Part shown: positions 38,481 to 48,402 of the stretch, piece after piece
How the letters are laid out: the number at the start of each line of letters is the position of its first letter
Position numbering within the stretch: the stretch's first letter is position 1
DNA from: a bacterium
GTDB lineage: Bacteria > Patescibacteriota > Minisyncoccia > Phycocordibacterales > UBA918
Length of the DNA: 64,000 nt
Assembly (NCBI GenBank): GCA_043719295.1
Contig: JAYSUD010000007.1
Span: forward strand, 891-64,890
Direction: 5' to 3'
Translations under genes and position numbers: made by a program
The notes under the pieces: generated by a model
Database searches by the model: none
Seen by the model: the letters and a program-made list of their open reading frames with translations, nothing else
Told to the model about the DNA's origin: nothing

Positions 38481-38600
38481 AGACGTTCATAGGTGCCTTA
38501 GATACGCGAAGTACAAAGAAATTTTTTGGAGATGTGCAAGGGCACATTGACAAAAAATTTCTGTAGTACGACAAAGTAGCTAAGGTGCATATGAACGTCT
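38481..38600 (+). repeat. Intergenic repeat element copy R4 bounded by ~21-bp imperfect terminal inverted repeats (AGACGTTCATAGGTGCCTTAG … CTAAGGTGCATATGAACGTCT)
   Basis: TIRs 17/20 Watson-Crick + 2 G-U; core ACAAAGAAATTTTTT…AAAAAATTTCTGTAG shares modules with R1/R3/R7. Confidence 0.55.
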
Positions 38601-39282
38601 ACAGTTCGTAAATTACGTCCTTTCGCTCTACCACCACCTTCCAATCTCGCTTCTTTGCTTCATTAAATAGACCATTATTTGGATTAAAACAAATTGGAAT
38701 TGCAACTGACTTTAGTAGTTCAATATCTCCTTCTGTATCACCAACCCCAATTGAATCTTCCGTAGTCACATCTTCTTTTTCGAGTACTCGCGCAACAATG
38801 TTTGCTTTATTTTCAACAAGGTGCACATCAACCATGATTCCCGTAAACAAGTCTTGTGGGCCAATTTCATAAATCCTCCCATACACTTTGTTGAATCCAT
38901 AATCCTTGCAAAACTCATCTAAAATTGTTTTTGGAGATTGTGAAATTGCTACAAGGTAATAGTTGTCACGCTTGAGTGTTGCAATGAGGTCGCGGGTATA
39001 TCGATACACATAGTTACCTTGTTCTGATACAACCAGCTTCCCCACATCAGCAAGATCTCCATAGTGTATGCCTTTGATGTGAACGATGTATGATGCGACA
39101 ACGGCTTTAATATACGCGTCATAGGTTCCCTCTCTATTTCTCCATGCGTGATACTCTTTGACATACCCATCTTTAGCTTTTTTAGGAAAGATACCTTCTT
39201 TAATTAAAGCTTCCATAAGTTCAATTACTAAACTTGAACGAAACAGAGTTCCATCAATATCAAAGAAAGCGACTTTTTGCAT
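38599..39282 (-). CDS. HAD-superfamily hydrolase, subfamily IB (phosphoserine phosphatase-like)
   Basis: FFDIDGTLF (motif I), …SQSP (motif II region), GVGDTEGDIELL (motif IV). Confidence 0.75.
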   Translation of the reverse strand: MQKVAFFDIDGTLFRSSLVIELMEALIKEGIFPKKAKDGYVKEYHAWRNREGTYDAYIKAVVASYIVHIKGIHYGDLADVGKLVVSEQGNYVYRYTRDLIATLKRDNYYLVAISQSPKTILDEFCKDYGFNKVYGRIYEIGPQDLFTGIMVDVHLVENKANIVARVLEKEDVTTEDSIGVGDTEGDIELLKSVAIPICFNPNNGLFNEAKKRDWKVVVERKDVIYEL

Positions 39283-39533
39283 GAGTCTATTTTATACTAA
39301 AAAAGGCCGAGGACAAACCTAGGCCTAACAATTAACAGAATGAATCTAGCTGCAAGGGCAAAAAACTAGTCTGCCCTTGCATAGAGCGAGAATAAAGGTC
39401 GCAATTCTACTCCCACCATGGATGGTGATAGCTTCAACCAAACTTCACCATAAGAACAAGAATCTCTTCTCTTGGAAGGAGTACCGAGAGGGAGAATGCA
39501 TTGCCCACATAGACTATACAGTGAAACAAATGC

Positions 39534-40382
39534 TTACACAATCTCAATAAAAACAGGCCTCAACTCCTTCCAATGCTCTTTATCCATACTCAACACTGAA
39601 AACATTCCTTCATCGAGAAGACCAATGCCACGTATCTTTATGGTCTCATCTTTAAAAACAGCTTCGACATAGCAGACGTGCCCTCTATCCTCAACAACAT
39701 ACTCCATGATACTGCCAATTTTTGGAATGATGCCGATATGGATTCCTTCTTTTCCACGCAATATTTTTTGCCATGAACCTCCCACACGTCCATATGTAGT
39801 TGGCCAAGAAATATGAACATTTTTTCGATACAATGTATACAGTACATATTCAACGTCACACAATGGCAATGTTGCAACAGCTGCGTTAAATGCATCTGTA
39901 ATACACAGGCGAAGTTTTATTGTCTCAACATCATCAGCCTCATATACCTGACCTTCTACAAGAGATGGAAAAACATCAGAAAGTTGTTCACGGAGCATAT
40001 CTTTTAAAATCCATCCTTCTGTATTCCCCATTTTGACATGCGCCCACCGTCCACCAAACTTAATGACCAAGACAATGTCACCATAGGTAAGCTTAGCTAC
40101 AACTGAGTCAAATGCAATGACGGGGTCAAGATACAACGCAGCTTCAGGTTCTCCAACAAAATACGCAAGACCAGGCGATAGACTTATATCACTTTCATTT
40201 TGGCCTAGAGATACAGTTTCACTATTTACTTGCCCATGAAGCGGTAATAATAATTGAGGAGATGGTATGTGTCTATCTTCATAAGAAGAAACGGAGTTTC
40301 GAATATCTTCAAAAAAGACACCGAAAACTGCCGTGCGAGCAAACTTCCATAAATCATCCAAAACTGCCATGAGTACCTGCAT
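39534..40382 (-). CDS. SH3b-domain protein with putative permuted papain-like (NlpC/P60 or YiiX-like) hydrolase domain; no signal peptide
   Basis: YGDIVLVIKFGGRWAHVKMGNTEGWILKDML (SH3b-like); C-terminal …GIHIGIIPKIGSIMEYVVEDRGHVCYVEAVF with Cys/His candidates; tentative. Confidence 0.35.
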   Translation of the reverse strand: MQVLMAVLDDLWKFARTAVFGVFFEDIRNSVSSYEDRHIPSPQLLLPLHGQVNSETVSLGQNESDISLSPGLAYFVGEPEAALYLDPVIAFDSVVAKLTYGDIVLVIKFGGRWAHVKMGNTEGWILKDMLREQLSDVFPSLVEGQVYEADDVETIKLRLCITDAFNAAVATLPLCDVEYVLYTLYRKNVHISWPTTYGRVGGSWQKILRGKEGIHIGIIPKIGSIMEYVVEDRGHVCYVEAVFKDETIKIRGIGLLDEGMFSVLSMDKEHWKELRPVFIEIV

Positions 40383-40417
40383 ATATACAGTATACCACTT
40401 ATATTGCGAAGAGAATC

Positions 40418-41209
40418 TTAATACCCTCGTCTATATACTTCTGGAGGTAGTTGACTGATAAACGGGTTATAATCCCACAAAAAACGATAATCTTCCATAT
40501 TGATACTTGTTTTCTCTTTCCAAAAATCTGTGACAAATTGATTTGAGCTTTTCTGCAAAGAATAGAACTCTTCATTTATAGCACCCTCAGTTCCAATTTC
40601 GGTTGTAAACAATGGAATAGCATACGCTTTCCCAGCGTTGTACAGTAGGGCATCTGCAACTGCACGAGGTTTAATATGCTGATCTATTTTAAATTTTTTG
40701 CCATCACCGTGTAAGTTCAACAACTTTTCCGCATACTTCCGACGCATCATGTAACATGCAGTTGAAAAATCGTTAATGAAACGAACATGCAAGTCTAAAT
40801 GCATGCATACTGGATTATTTACAATAAGTTGCACCACATCCCAATCGTATGGTAAATGCGTTTCGAAGAAATCCCAAGTGAATTTCCAATGTTTAATCAT
40901 CTCAAAACTTACATCATCTTCGCAAACAAGTATTCGATCGTGATCAGTTTCGTAAATAAAATGATTAAGTAAATTGAGATGAGACAAAGTACACCCCACT
41001 TCAGATGGAGACAAATCTTTTGGATACGATCCTGAGATATATTCGCTCAAATCAGAATCTTTTCCATCAAAACCCACAATTCTTGTTACGTTTGTAATAG
41101 CAGTTTCATAGCACTGTTGCTCGAACCTCTCCTTTCGTGCACTCTGTCTATCAAGATTTATATAATAGAGATGTGGAAAATTTTTTAATATATCTTTATT
41201 TGAAAACAT
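40418..41209 (-). CDS. Glycosyltransferase family 25 protein (LPS/glycan beta-galactosyltransferase-like)
   Basis: YYINLDRQSARKERF…GFDGKD…SEVGCTLSHL = GT25 hallmarks. Confidence 0.7.
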   Translation of the reverse strand: MFSNKDILKNFPHLYYINLDRQSARKERFEQQCYETAITNVTRIVGFDGKDSDLSEYISGSYPKDLSPSEVGCTLSHLNLLNHFIYETDHDRILVCEDDVSFEMIKHWKFTWDFFETHLPYDWDVVQLIVNNPVCMHLDLHVRFINDFSTACYMMRRKYAEKLLNLHGDGKKFKIDQHIKPRAVADALLYNAGKAYAIPLFTTEIGTEGAINEEFYSLQKSSNQFVTDFWKEKTSINMEDYRFLWDYNPFISQLPPEVYRRGY

Positions 41210-41221
41210 GCGGGTATATAT

Positions 41222-41890
41222 TTACTTACTTTTAGGCCAAATTGCATTTGAATTTAAGTATACAATGCTTAACGGATGCAAACTACAGTCGTGCTTATTG
41301 GCTTTGCACACATGGCGCCCATAATGAACTAAGCGATGATTAAAGCCCCACCACGAAGACAGGGGGAGAATTTGCATCAAGTCTTTTTCAATACGCACTG
41401 GATCTGTATAGTCAGATAAGTCAAACCGAATCGCAAATCGTCGTACATGGGTGTCAACAGCAATACCGAGCTGTTTACCAAAAATAACTGACAAAATAAC
41501 GTTTGCAGTTTTACGAGCAACTCCCGGAATCGTGAGAAGTTCTTCCATTGTTTCTGGTAACGCACCTCCAAAGTCATTACGTACCTTTAATGCAGCACCA
41601 ATAATATTTTTTGCTTTATTCCTATAAAAGCCGCACGAGAATACATCTTTTTCCATCTCTTTTTGTGTGGCATCACAATAGTCAGTAATTGTTATATATT
41701 TTTTAAATAGATTTTCCGTTACCACATTTACACGGAGATCAGTACACTGTGCTGAAAGAATGACCGCAACAAGACATTCAAATTCATTTGAGAAGTTGAG
41801 TTCGATTTTTGCATCCGGGTATAAAGACTCTAAGATATGAGCCATCTCTAACGCACGTTTGGTTCGGATATTGCGTTTACGTGCATTCAT
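41222..41890 (-). CDS. nth: Endonuclease III (Nth)-like HhH-GPD glycosylase with degenerate Fe-S motif
   Basis: ECLVAVILSAQCTD…LPGVARKTANVIL…DTHVRR; C-terminal CKANKHDCSLHPLSIVY has only two of the four canonical Cys (C-x6-C-x2-H-x5-Y). Confidence 0.8.
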   Translation of the reverse strand: MNARKRNIRTKRALEMAHILESLYPDAKIELNFSNEFECLVAVILSAQCTDLRVNVVTENLFKKYITITDYCDATQKEMEKDVFSCGFYRNKAKNIIGAALKVRNDFGGALPETMEELLTIPGVARKTANVILSVIFGKQLGIAVDTHVRRFAIRFDLSDYTDPVRIEKDLMQILPLSSWWGFNHRLVHYGRHVCKANKHDCSLHPLSIVYLNSNAIWPKSK

Positions 41891-43059
41891 TAGAATTTGT
41901 TATAGAAAGAAAGTACAACTCCTCCCATTGATACAAATACTAATCCAACGAATACAAGAGGGCCAAGTATAGGTACAAAAAGCACCCCGTGCATCGCAAG
42001 TGTTCCAAGTGCAAGCCATACAAGCGTTACTTCTTTACCACGAGTAAGCCACAGACGTAGGTATGAGCCAAAAACTGCACCACAAAGTCCAATACCAAGT
42101 GTATACATAACAATACTAAAACCGAAAAGCAAAACACCAACAAGTGATCCAAGAACCGTTGCAAGCAAGATAATTCCAACTACCGGTGCTAAAATGGCAA
42201 CAGAGATTCCCACAACAGAACTCTTAAGTGGAGCTGTGTGTATAAGTAATACAATTTGCTGTAACCGACGTTTGAAAAAAAGATATATAACCAGTGTCGC
42301 AAAAAGTGTTATAAAAACAGGAATAAGACCCGATCTGAATTTTTCTTGAGCTGTCATTGTGGTACCGCCAAATTCACTTTTTGTCACTTCACCTCCAATA
42401 CTCGCATTTTGAGCACGCACTATAGTTTCAGGACTTGCATAGCGTACAAAGCCTCCAACTTTTGCTTTGTCTCCAAGTGTAATTGCGGTAGAAGATTTCA
42501 CATCAATATTTTTCCCGACTTCCGCATCAACACGAAGTGTTTTTGCTGTACCTAATATTGAACCTTTAACTGTACCCTCAATTTGTGCAGTACCTCCATA
42601 AAAAATTACATCACCATCAACGACCACATTTGAGAGAATGTTGAGCGTGCCTCCAATAACAAACACATCACCCGTCACATGCTCTGCGATAGTTACTTCC
42701 CCCGCCACAATCCGCACATCATCTGATACTTTTGCATGCACCTGGGCTGAACCTCCTAGAATTGATAAGTCTTTACCAATTGTTCCATTTACTGTTACTA
42801 TGCCCCCAACAGCGTACATATCTTCAGTTACTGTCCCTGACATAGTTGTCTTACCTCCAAAACCTGAAGAAACATAGTAGTCACCATTAACGATCTGATC
42901 TGCATCAATTGAGATATCGTCGCCAATACGCACCACAGTCTCAGCTGACGCCAAAAACGGCATGCACAAAAGAATAGCCCCAACTGAAAAAATACCAATA
43001 TGTTTCATAATAGGCTCAATTGTGCTCTTTTTTTGACCTCTTGTCCACCACTTAGTCAA
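41890..43059 (-). CDS. Membrane protein with N-terminal signal peptide, beta-helix-like repeat ectodomain (bactofilin/DUF4097-like repeats) and C-terminal multi-TM region
   Basis: Repeating G.V.G/I.I.G units; hydrophobic C-terminal third. Confidence 0.45.
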   Translation of the reverse strand: MTKWWTRGQKKSTIEPIMKHIGIFSVGAILLCMPFLASAETVVRIGDDISIDADQIVNGDYYVSSGFGGKTTMSGTVTEDMYAVGGIVTVNGTIGKDLSILGGSAQVHAKVSDDVRIVAGEVTIAEHVTGDVFVIGGTLNILSNVVVDGDVIFYGGTAQIEGTVKGSILGTAKTLRVDAEVGKNIDVKSSTAITLGDKAKVGGFVRYASPETIVRAQNASIGGEVTKSEFGGTTMTAQEKFRSGLIPVFITLFATLVIYLFFKRRLQQIVLLIHTAPLKSSVVGISVAILAPVVGIILLATVLGSLVGVLLFGFSIVMYTLGIGLCGAVFGSYLRLWLTRGKEVTLVWLALGTLAMHGVLFVPILGPLVFVGLVFVSMGGVVLSFYNKF

Positions 43060-43102
43060 ATAATGATGAATTATATTTTCATAGAATTATTAGCAGAATC
43101 AA

Positions 43103-43247
43103 CAGAACGAGTGCAATTCGAGGTTAAATAGTGACTTAATGTCACTATTTAAAAGGTTGTCGATATTTTGTTAAAAATATCATACAACCTTAACCGTTCA
43201 TGTAATGAAGAAAAGAAACATGAAAAGAAGTGTGCCGTTATGTGGAT
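43103..43247 (+). repeat. Intergenic repeat element copy R5
   Basis: CAGAACGAGTGCAATTCGAGG…AGTGACTTAATGTCACT…GAAAAGAAGTGTGCCGTTATGTGGAT. Confidence 0.5.
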
Positions 43248-43430
43248 TCTATTTTACAACGTATTCTACAGGTGCCTGCAAAATACTTGCCATCAAAACG
43301 CCGAGTAAAATGAGGAACAGTGCTGCACAAAAAAGTGCAATTTTGGGAAACGAAGGCTCCATCTTGCCCGAATGCCAATTTCGAGAGAAAAGAAATGAGA
43401 ATACAAACTGAAATATTGACATAGTAACTT

Positions 43431-44432
43431 CTATTGTTTAAAAAGTTCTAAACCTCTATTCCACATCTCATCGTGACCCTTAAGATGTAGCCAATACCAC
43501 CACTCGGCACCCCAGAGATACTGCTTTTGATACCGAGTATTTTTTGCATACTCTAAGATGTCATTGAATTTTTCAAGGTCCATACGTGAATACTGTGTTT
43601 CTATATCAACGTTTGTCACTGGCTCCAAAAGCCATGGTTCTGCTGAAAGTTCAATGAGCATTGTTTCCTTTTCACCATAGATGAGTGAAACGATACTTTC
43701 TTTCACTCGATAGAACCAAGGTGGGAGGATTGTTTTAAATTGACCTAGTTCAGGATTCCAGAAATACACATACACTGAAGTGCCAAACGCATCACCATGT
43801 CTATAGGGACCTGCCCATGTTCCTAAATTCCCACTATCGGTTATTAAAAAAGGTCGAGTACTATCAAGCGATCGAAAATGAGCTACCTCTCGTTCAAAAA
43901 AAGCTTCATCAAATTCCCCACAATGTTCTTTTGCAAATACTTCTAAGTAAGGCTCATTTTCAATCTGCCAATATTTTATAGCTTTATTTTCTTTGTATCG
44001 ATTTATAACAACTGTTGCATACTCAAGTGTTTGTTGCTGTCGTTCTTCTTGCGAAAGTTTTTGAGCCCATTCAGGCACATGACACTCAGGCCATCGAGGA
44101 AGTCTTCTCCCTACTGCCAAAACTACATCGGCTCCAACCTCTTCTGCTTTTTTGACTTGATAATCAAGTTCTTTAAAATTATAGACATCGTCTATTGGTT
44201 CAGTCATCGGCCAATGTGCAGCTAGTCGTAAGTGCCGCACTCCTAATTCATCCAAAATCGCATCATAGGTTTCTTTCCAGTCTAAGCCAAGTTCTTCTGC
44301 ATACATTGTATTAAACGACATTCCATATTGTATTTTTTCTGGAACTTCTTTTCGGGCAAGCAGAAAAACTACACAGACTAGCAAAAGAATTATTCCAAGA
44401 ATCCAAAGTAGTGTTTTTTTGAGTTTATTCAT
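43431..44432 (-). CDS. Membrane-anchored clan GH-A glycoside hydrolase (GH5/GH113-like)
   Basis: N-terminal anchor; WQIENEP (NEP acid/base motif of clan GH-A) and (beta/alpha)8-like pattern. Confidence 0.55.
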   Translation of the reverse strand: MNKLKKTLLWILGIILLLVCVVFLLARKEVPEKIQYGMSFNTMYAEELGLDWKETYDAILDELGVRHLRLAAHWPMTEPIDDVYNFKELDYQVKKAEEVGADVVLAVGRRLPRWPECHVPEWAQKLSQEERQQQTLEYATVVINRYKENKAIKYWQIENEPYLEVFAKEHCGEFDEAFFEREVAHFRSLDSTRPFLITDSGNLGTWAGPYRHGDAFGTSVYVYFWNPELGQFKTILPPWFYRVKESIVSLIYGEKETMLIELSAEPWLLEPVTNVDIETQYSRMDLEKFNDILEYAKNTRYQKQYLWGAEWWYWLHLKGHDEMWNRGLELFKQ

Positions 44433-44469
44433 TAAATTTATTTATTTCATGTATAGGACTTTTGTAAGT

Positions 44470-44592
44470 GAGTGAGAAGTGATATAAAATCACTTTGCAA
44501 GAGGTTACCTGCTCTTTTGGAAAAAGAGTGATAACCTGAACAGTTTCTGTAAGAAACTAGAGAGACGAAGAAGTGTGCCATTTACGAAAGTC
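44470..44592 (+). repeat. Intergenic repeat element copy R6 (middle hairpin module + 3' module)
   Basis: GAGTGAGAAGTGATATAAAATCACTTTGCAAGAGGTTACCTGCTCTTTTGGAAAAAGAGTGATAACCTG…GACGAAGAAGTGTGCCATTTACGAAAG; nested hairpins readable. Confidence 0.55.
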
Positions 44593-45531
44593 CTAAGTAA
44601 ATAGTATCACGAAGCCAACAGTAATAATGGCTATATACACCGACTTCCTCATAATTGTCTTAAAGTCGAATTCATTTTCTCCTGCAGCATGCGGGATAAA
44701 CCGTCCAACAAGGAGACTCAAAAGAATGATAAACGCGAACTTAAGTCCATCAAGTGCCTGCACGACTGCAACATCACCTAAGTCAGTAGCTTTAAGCAAC
44801 ATGAACGCTGCTGCTCCCGCAAGCACTTTTGTAATAAGTACAATCCATCCTGTTTTCTTCGAAGTCTTAGCAGTAGCTGCAGTAATTTCGTCATAGTATG
44901 AAGGTACTAACAAAAGAGAAAGCGCAAAAAGTACAAACCCAATCCGTGACCAGAAGAAACCATCAGCAAAACTCGTTTGCTCGAAAAGTCCTTTCATCAC
45001 GACGTAGTGTAATGCAAAAAAGAGACCACTGTGCACGATATGGAGAATCAGACTCCGATTACCTTTTAATCGCACGTGTGAAAGAAGGAGTGTTCCCAGA
45101 CTTAATAGTCCAATACCCCACAAAAAATGAGGTGCTAGTGGAATGTTAAAGAACAGATACGCCAGCCCAAAAGAAGATATTGCAGAGATGGCACCAATTG
45201 CCGGCATCACGTCTGAAGCATCTTGGTGTTTAAGAGCATCAAACATAGACACGAGTGCCATGAAGAAGGTGTACGCAGCTAAAAACGACATAGCTACCAC
45301 TTGGATAGATGGTTTTTGTACGTCAGCTAAACTTGGAATACCAATTGCATGAAGCCCTGGGATGAACGCAAGTATAAAAATCACCACCCAAAACCCCGTC
45401 ATCAAACATGAATAAAAAGCATACACAAAAGGACGAGGAAGCGCTTTCTCGTCAGAGACAATATATTTATCCAAAATCGCAACAATAGCGTTCAGGAATT
45501 GCCCAGCTGTCGCAAGAATAATCCAGTTCAT
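44593..45531 (-). CDS. Polytopic membrane protein (EamA/DMT-like, ~10 TM)
   Basis: Repeated hydrophobic helices throughout 312 aa; family assignment tentative. Confidence 0.45.
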   Translation of the reverse strand: MNWIILATAGQFLNAIVAILDKYIVSDEKALPRPFVYAFYSCLMTGFWVVIFILAFIPGLHAIGIPSLADVQKPSIQVVAMSFLAAYTFFMALVSMFDALKHQDASDVMPAIGAISAISSFGLAYLFFNIPLAPHFLWGIGLLSLGTLLLSHVRLKGNRSLILHIVHSGLFFALHYVVMKGLFEQTSFADGFFWSRIGFVLFALSLLLVPSYYDEITAATAKTSKKTGWIVLITKVLAGAAAFMLLKATDLGDVAVVQALDGLKFAFIILLSLLVGRFIPHAAGENEFDFKTIMRKSVYIAIITVGFVILFT

Positions 45532-45662
45532 GAAAGTCTCTTAAGTATCTCATTATTTGATTGAAATAACCCCAAACCTATCCCCAAAGATTAGTATTAA
45601 AAAAATTAACCGGCAACTTGTTCAGTTGCCGGTCATACATTCCTCCAAAAAAAGTTTTGTGA

Positions 45663-46043
45663 TTATGAATTCTTGAGCACGATCTCAGTTATTCCAAACC
45701 CAAGATCATGACCCTTAAATGCCATTCCATGATTTTTCATCATGAAGTCGCGCATGAGGTCCATAAGTGTTTCTTTTTCTTGAAGTTTGGGATCAAAATC
45801 ATAAAATCCTTCAATAACTCCAACAAAGCAGATTCCCAATTCCCGCGCCGCAGTACCGCGAACCATGACGCTGGTAAACTTCAGTCGACTATTGAAAGTT
45901 TCGACCATCATCCGTGCGGTCACGACAAGCTCTGCCGCAGATGTGTGACAAGGTTTGTCAGTATCACTGGAAAACTTCCAAGCTCCAGCTACCTGATTCG
46001 ACTGCTCAATGCTTTGTCCTGTCAAAGTGTACTTACCACTCAT
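45663..46043 (-). CDS. Hypothetical protein (GC-rich outlier)
   Basis: 126 aa, no recognizable motif; higher G+C than neighbours. Confidence 0.3.
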   Translation of the reverse strand: MSGKYTLTGQSIEQSNQVAGAWKFSSDTDKPCHTSAAELVVTARMMVETFNSRLKFTSVMVRGTAARELGICFVGVIEGFYDFDPKLQEKETLMDLMRDFMMKNHGMAFKGHDLGFGITEIVLKNS

Positions 46044-46245
46044 CGAAATTTCTCCACTTTAGGTTGAGGGTGAATGTAGCATGTTGAAGCAGCTACAGTA
46101 ATATTCTACATATATTTATGCTTTTGTCAATATATTGAGGTAATGTGAAAGAACCTTTGGGGATGTCCTCAAATAATCTCAAGCAAACCAGGTTTTTCCA
46201 AATTGTACGATATATCGTACTATTTTGAAATTACAATAATTATTT

Positions 46246-47469
46246 TTAACTACACTCTTCTATAATCTCTTTGTATCGCAGTGCTGAAGGGCGGATAGTT
46301 CGTTCTAAGGTATCGTAATTGATTGCTATGAGGCCAAAACGTTTTTCAAAGCCTAGTGCCCATTCGTAGTTATCAAGAAGTGACCAGTACATGTGTCCAC
46401 GTACGTCGATTCCTTCCTGCATTGCCTCATAGACAGACTCAACTTGCTTTTCAATGTATGCTGCACGATGTACATCTTTCTCATCTGCAATCCCCGCTTC
46501 AGCAACGAACAAAGGACGTTTGTATTTCCAAAGTAAATGAAGAGAACCTTTTATTCCTTCAGGGTATATGTCCCAGTCCATATCAGTTTTTTTATACACT
46601 TCGGTATCTCCAAACTTTTTATGAAAGTAGTAGTTAAGTCCAATTGAATCACATTTTCTGTAGGTACGCTTCATGAAGATATCAGTCCAACAGTAATTAG
46701 CAATTTTAGCTTTAAGCTGATTCAAAGGATTCCAGTTTGCATGAAAATAAATGACGTGTTTAACCACACTCACGTCCATTGTGGGGTCAGCTTTTTTGAT
46801 TGCGTCGTACGCTTTGTTGTGAGCATCTGCAAGATTCTTCATTACACGCAAGTAGAGGAAGAGTGGTTTGATTCCCTTCTCTGCCTTAGATTCATATGAT
46901 CGCCCTGAATTGGTGATGGAAACTATGTCCGTAAGCGCAAACCTTTTAAAAGGTGGCCAACTTCCCCGAAGCCATCCATTACTTCCAAATACATTTGGTT
47001 CGTTCATGGTTGAAATGCCTTCTAGATCACTCCCTAGTTTTTCTGCTACATACTGTGCATACCGTGCAAAAATCTGCGGTGAATCTTTTCGTTCAAATCC
47101 CCCACTTTCAGAAAACCACAACGGGAGCGTAAAGTGCCATAAAGTGGTGTAAGGTTTTAAACCTCGCGCTTTTAGTGCTTGAATTACTTTTCGGTAGTGC
47201 TCTATTTCACGCTCATCAAACTTCCCTTCTTCTGGCTCAATCCGTGCCCATTCAAGAGAAAAGCGATGTGCATTATGCCCAAGGCCTTGTGCTAAATCAA
47301 AATCAGCTTCATACCGATTATAGTGATCACACGCTCTTCCACAATGTGGCACACGTCCTTCACGCGCAGCTTTTGCCCAGTCAGTGTTTTCAATCCCTCC
47401 CTCAACTTGAAACGACGCTGCTGAAGCCCCCCATAAAAAACCTTCCGGAAACTGCATATCTTTTTTCAT
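46246..47469 (-). CDS. Glycoside hydrolase family 1 beta-glucosidase/beta-galactosidase
   Basis: FPEGFLWGASAASFQVEG N-terminal signature, MNEP acid/base motif, LLDNYEW C-terminal motif; nucleophile region is VAEAGIAD (variant of ITENG). Confidence 0.9.
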   Translation of the reverse strand: MKKDMQFPEGFLWGASAASFQVEGGIENTDWAKAAREGRVPHCGRACDHYNRYEADFDLAQGLGHNAHRFSLEWARIEPEEGKFDEREIEHYRKVIQALKARGLKPYTTLWHFTLPLWFSESGGFERKDSPQIFARYAQYVAEKLGSDLEGISTMNEPNVFGSNGWLRGSWPPFKRFALTDIVSITNSGRSYESKAEKGIKPLFLYLRVMKNLADAHNKAYDAIKKADPTMDVSVVKHVIYFHANWNPLNQLKAKIANYCWTDIFMKRTYRKCDSIGLNYYFHKKFGDTEVYKKTDMDWDIYPEGIKGSLHLLWKYKRPLFVAEAGIADEKDVHRAAYIEKQVESVYEAMQEGIDVRGHMYWSLLDNYEWALGFEKRFGLIAINYDTLERTIRPSALRYKEIIEECS

Positions 47470-47486
47470 ATCAAAAGTATAACAGA

Positions 47487-48008
47487 CTACAAAAGTGGTA
47501 CCTTTGCATACTTGCCTGCCTGCCCCATACTACCGTGTCCGACCGTATGTAATTCAACTTGAGTGCCATCTTTGAGGACGCCGAAAAACTGTACTGAACC
47601 AGGGTTTGTTAAGAGTCGCACTGGACCCTTAAGTTTAATTTGTGAGAGACCAATGACATCACTCGCAATCCATCCAACATGCCAATGCGAGGATACAGTT
47701 TGTACTGGTTCAAGTACTATAAAATTTTTCCATCCACCGAAAATTGGCATGTGAAAAACTGGAATTGGACCAAACCAGCGACGAATTGCACGAGGATTAC
47801 CAGCAACGGTAACTAATAACTTTGGATTAATATCTTCTACCTCAGAGACAACTAATTTCTGATTATTCCAAAAATGAGTCTGTTGTGGAGCTTCACGTAT
47901 GTTCCACTGCAAAAAGTACATAACCGGGATCATTAAGACATCTGCAATTTTACTTATTAAACTTTGATGTTTAATGTTAATCATAGTTTTAATAGAAATG
48001 AACAACAT
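47487..48008 (-). CDS. Hypothetical protein
   Basis: 173 aa, no recognizable motifs. Confidence 0.3.
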   Translation of the reverse strand: MLFISIKTMINIKHQSLISKIADVLMIPVMYFLQWNIREAPQQTHFWNNQKLVVSEVEDINPKLLVTVAGNPRAIRRWFGPIPVFHMPIFGGWKNFIVLEPVQTVSSHWHVGWIASDVIGLSQIKLKGPVRLLTNPGSVQFFGVLKDGTQVELHTVGHGSMGQAGKYAKVPLL

Positions 48009-48018
48009 CGTAAGTCGT

Positions 48019-48381
48019 TCATGATTGTTCGTTTCTGATTCTCACAAAAAAGAATTCACTGGTGACATCACCTGATGCTTCGATTTTATGCTCTAAGTTT
48101 GCAGGATTATAAATAAAATCTCCGGCAACATAGTCAAACCGCTCACCAGTACTGTATTCAATAAACCCCTTACCTGTGGTAACAATCCAAAATTCATCAA
48201 TTTCAATATGCTGATGCCAATTGAATACACTTCCTAGTTCTAGATACCCTTTCGTGACTGCTTCGATATTTGGAGAAATATCATCTGCACTACTGATAAG
48301 TAACTTTCGAGAGCCACTACCAGCATGAGCTTGCTCAGTTGCAATATTTTCAATAACCTTTTTAAACGGTTTTCGTTGCAT
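48019..48381 (-). CDS. Cupin-domain protein
   Basis: 120 aa; NWHQH…(His cluster) and …GDFIYNPANLEHK typical two-motif cupin pattern. Confidence 0.55.
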   Translation of the reverse strand: MQRKPFKKVIENIATEQAHAGSGSRKLLISSADDISPNIEAVTKGYLELGSVFNWHQHIEIDEFWIVTTGKGFIEYSTGERFDYVAGDFIYNPANLEHKIEASGDVTSEFFFVRIRNEQS

Positions 48382-48402
48382 ATGTCTATACTACCACCAA
48401 AA

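Noticed and set aside
43205-43411. Track ORF MKKRNMKRSVPLCGFYF… (68 aa, plus)
   Set aside because: It starts inside repeat copy R5 and is basic/low-complexity. A hydrophobic 58-aa minus-strand ORF (~43249-43422) in the same gap is more plausible but below confidence for a call.
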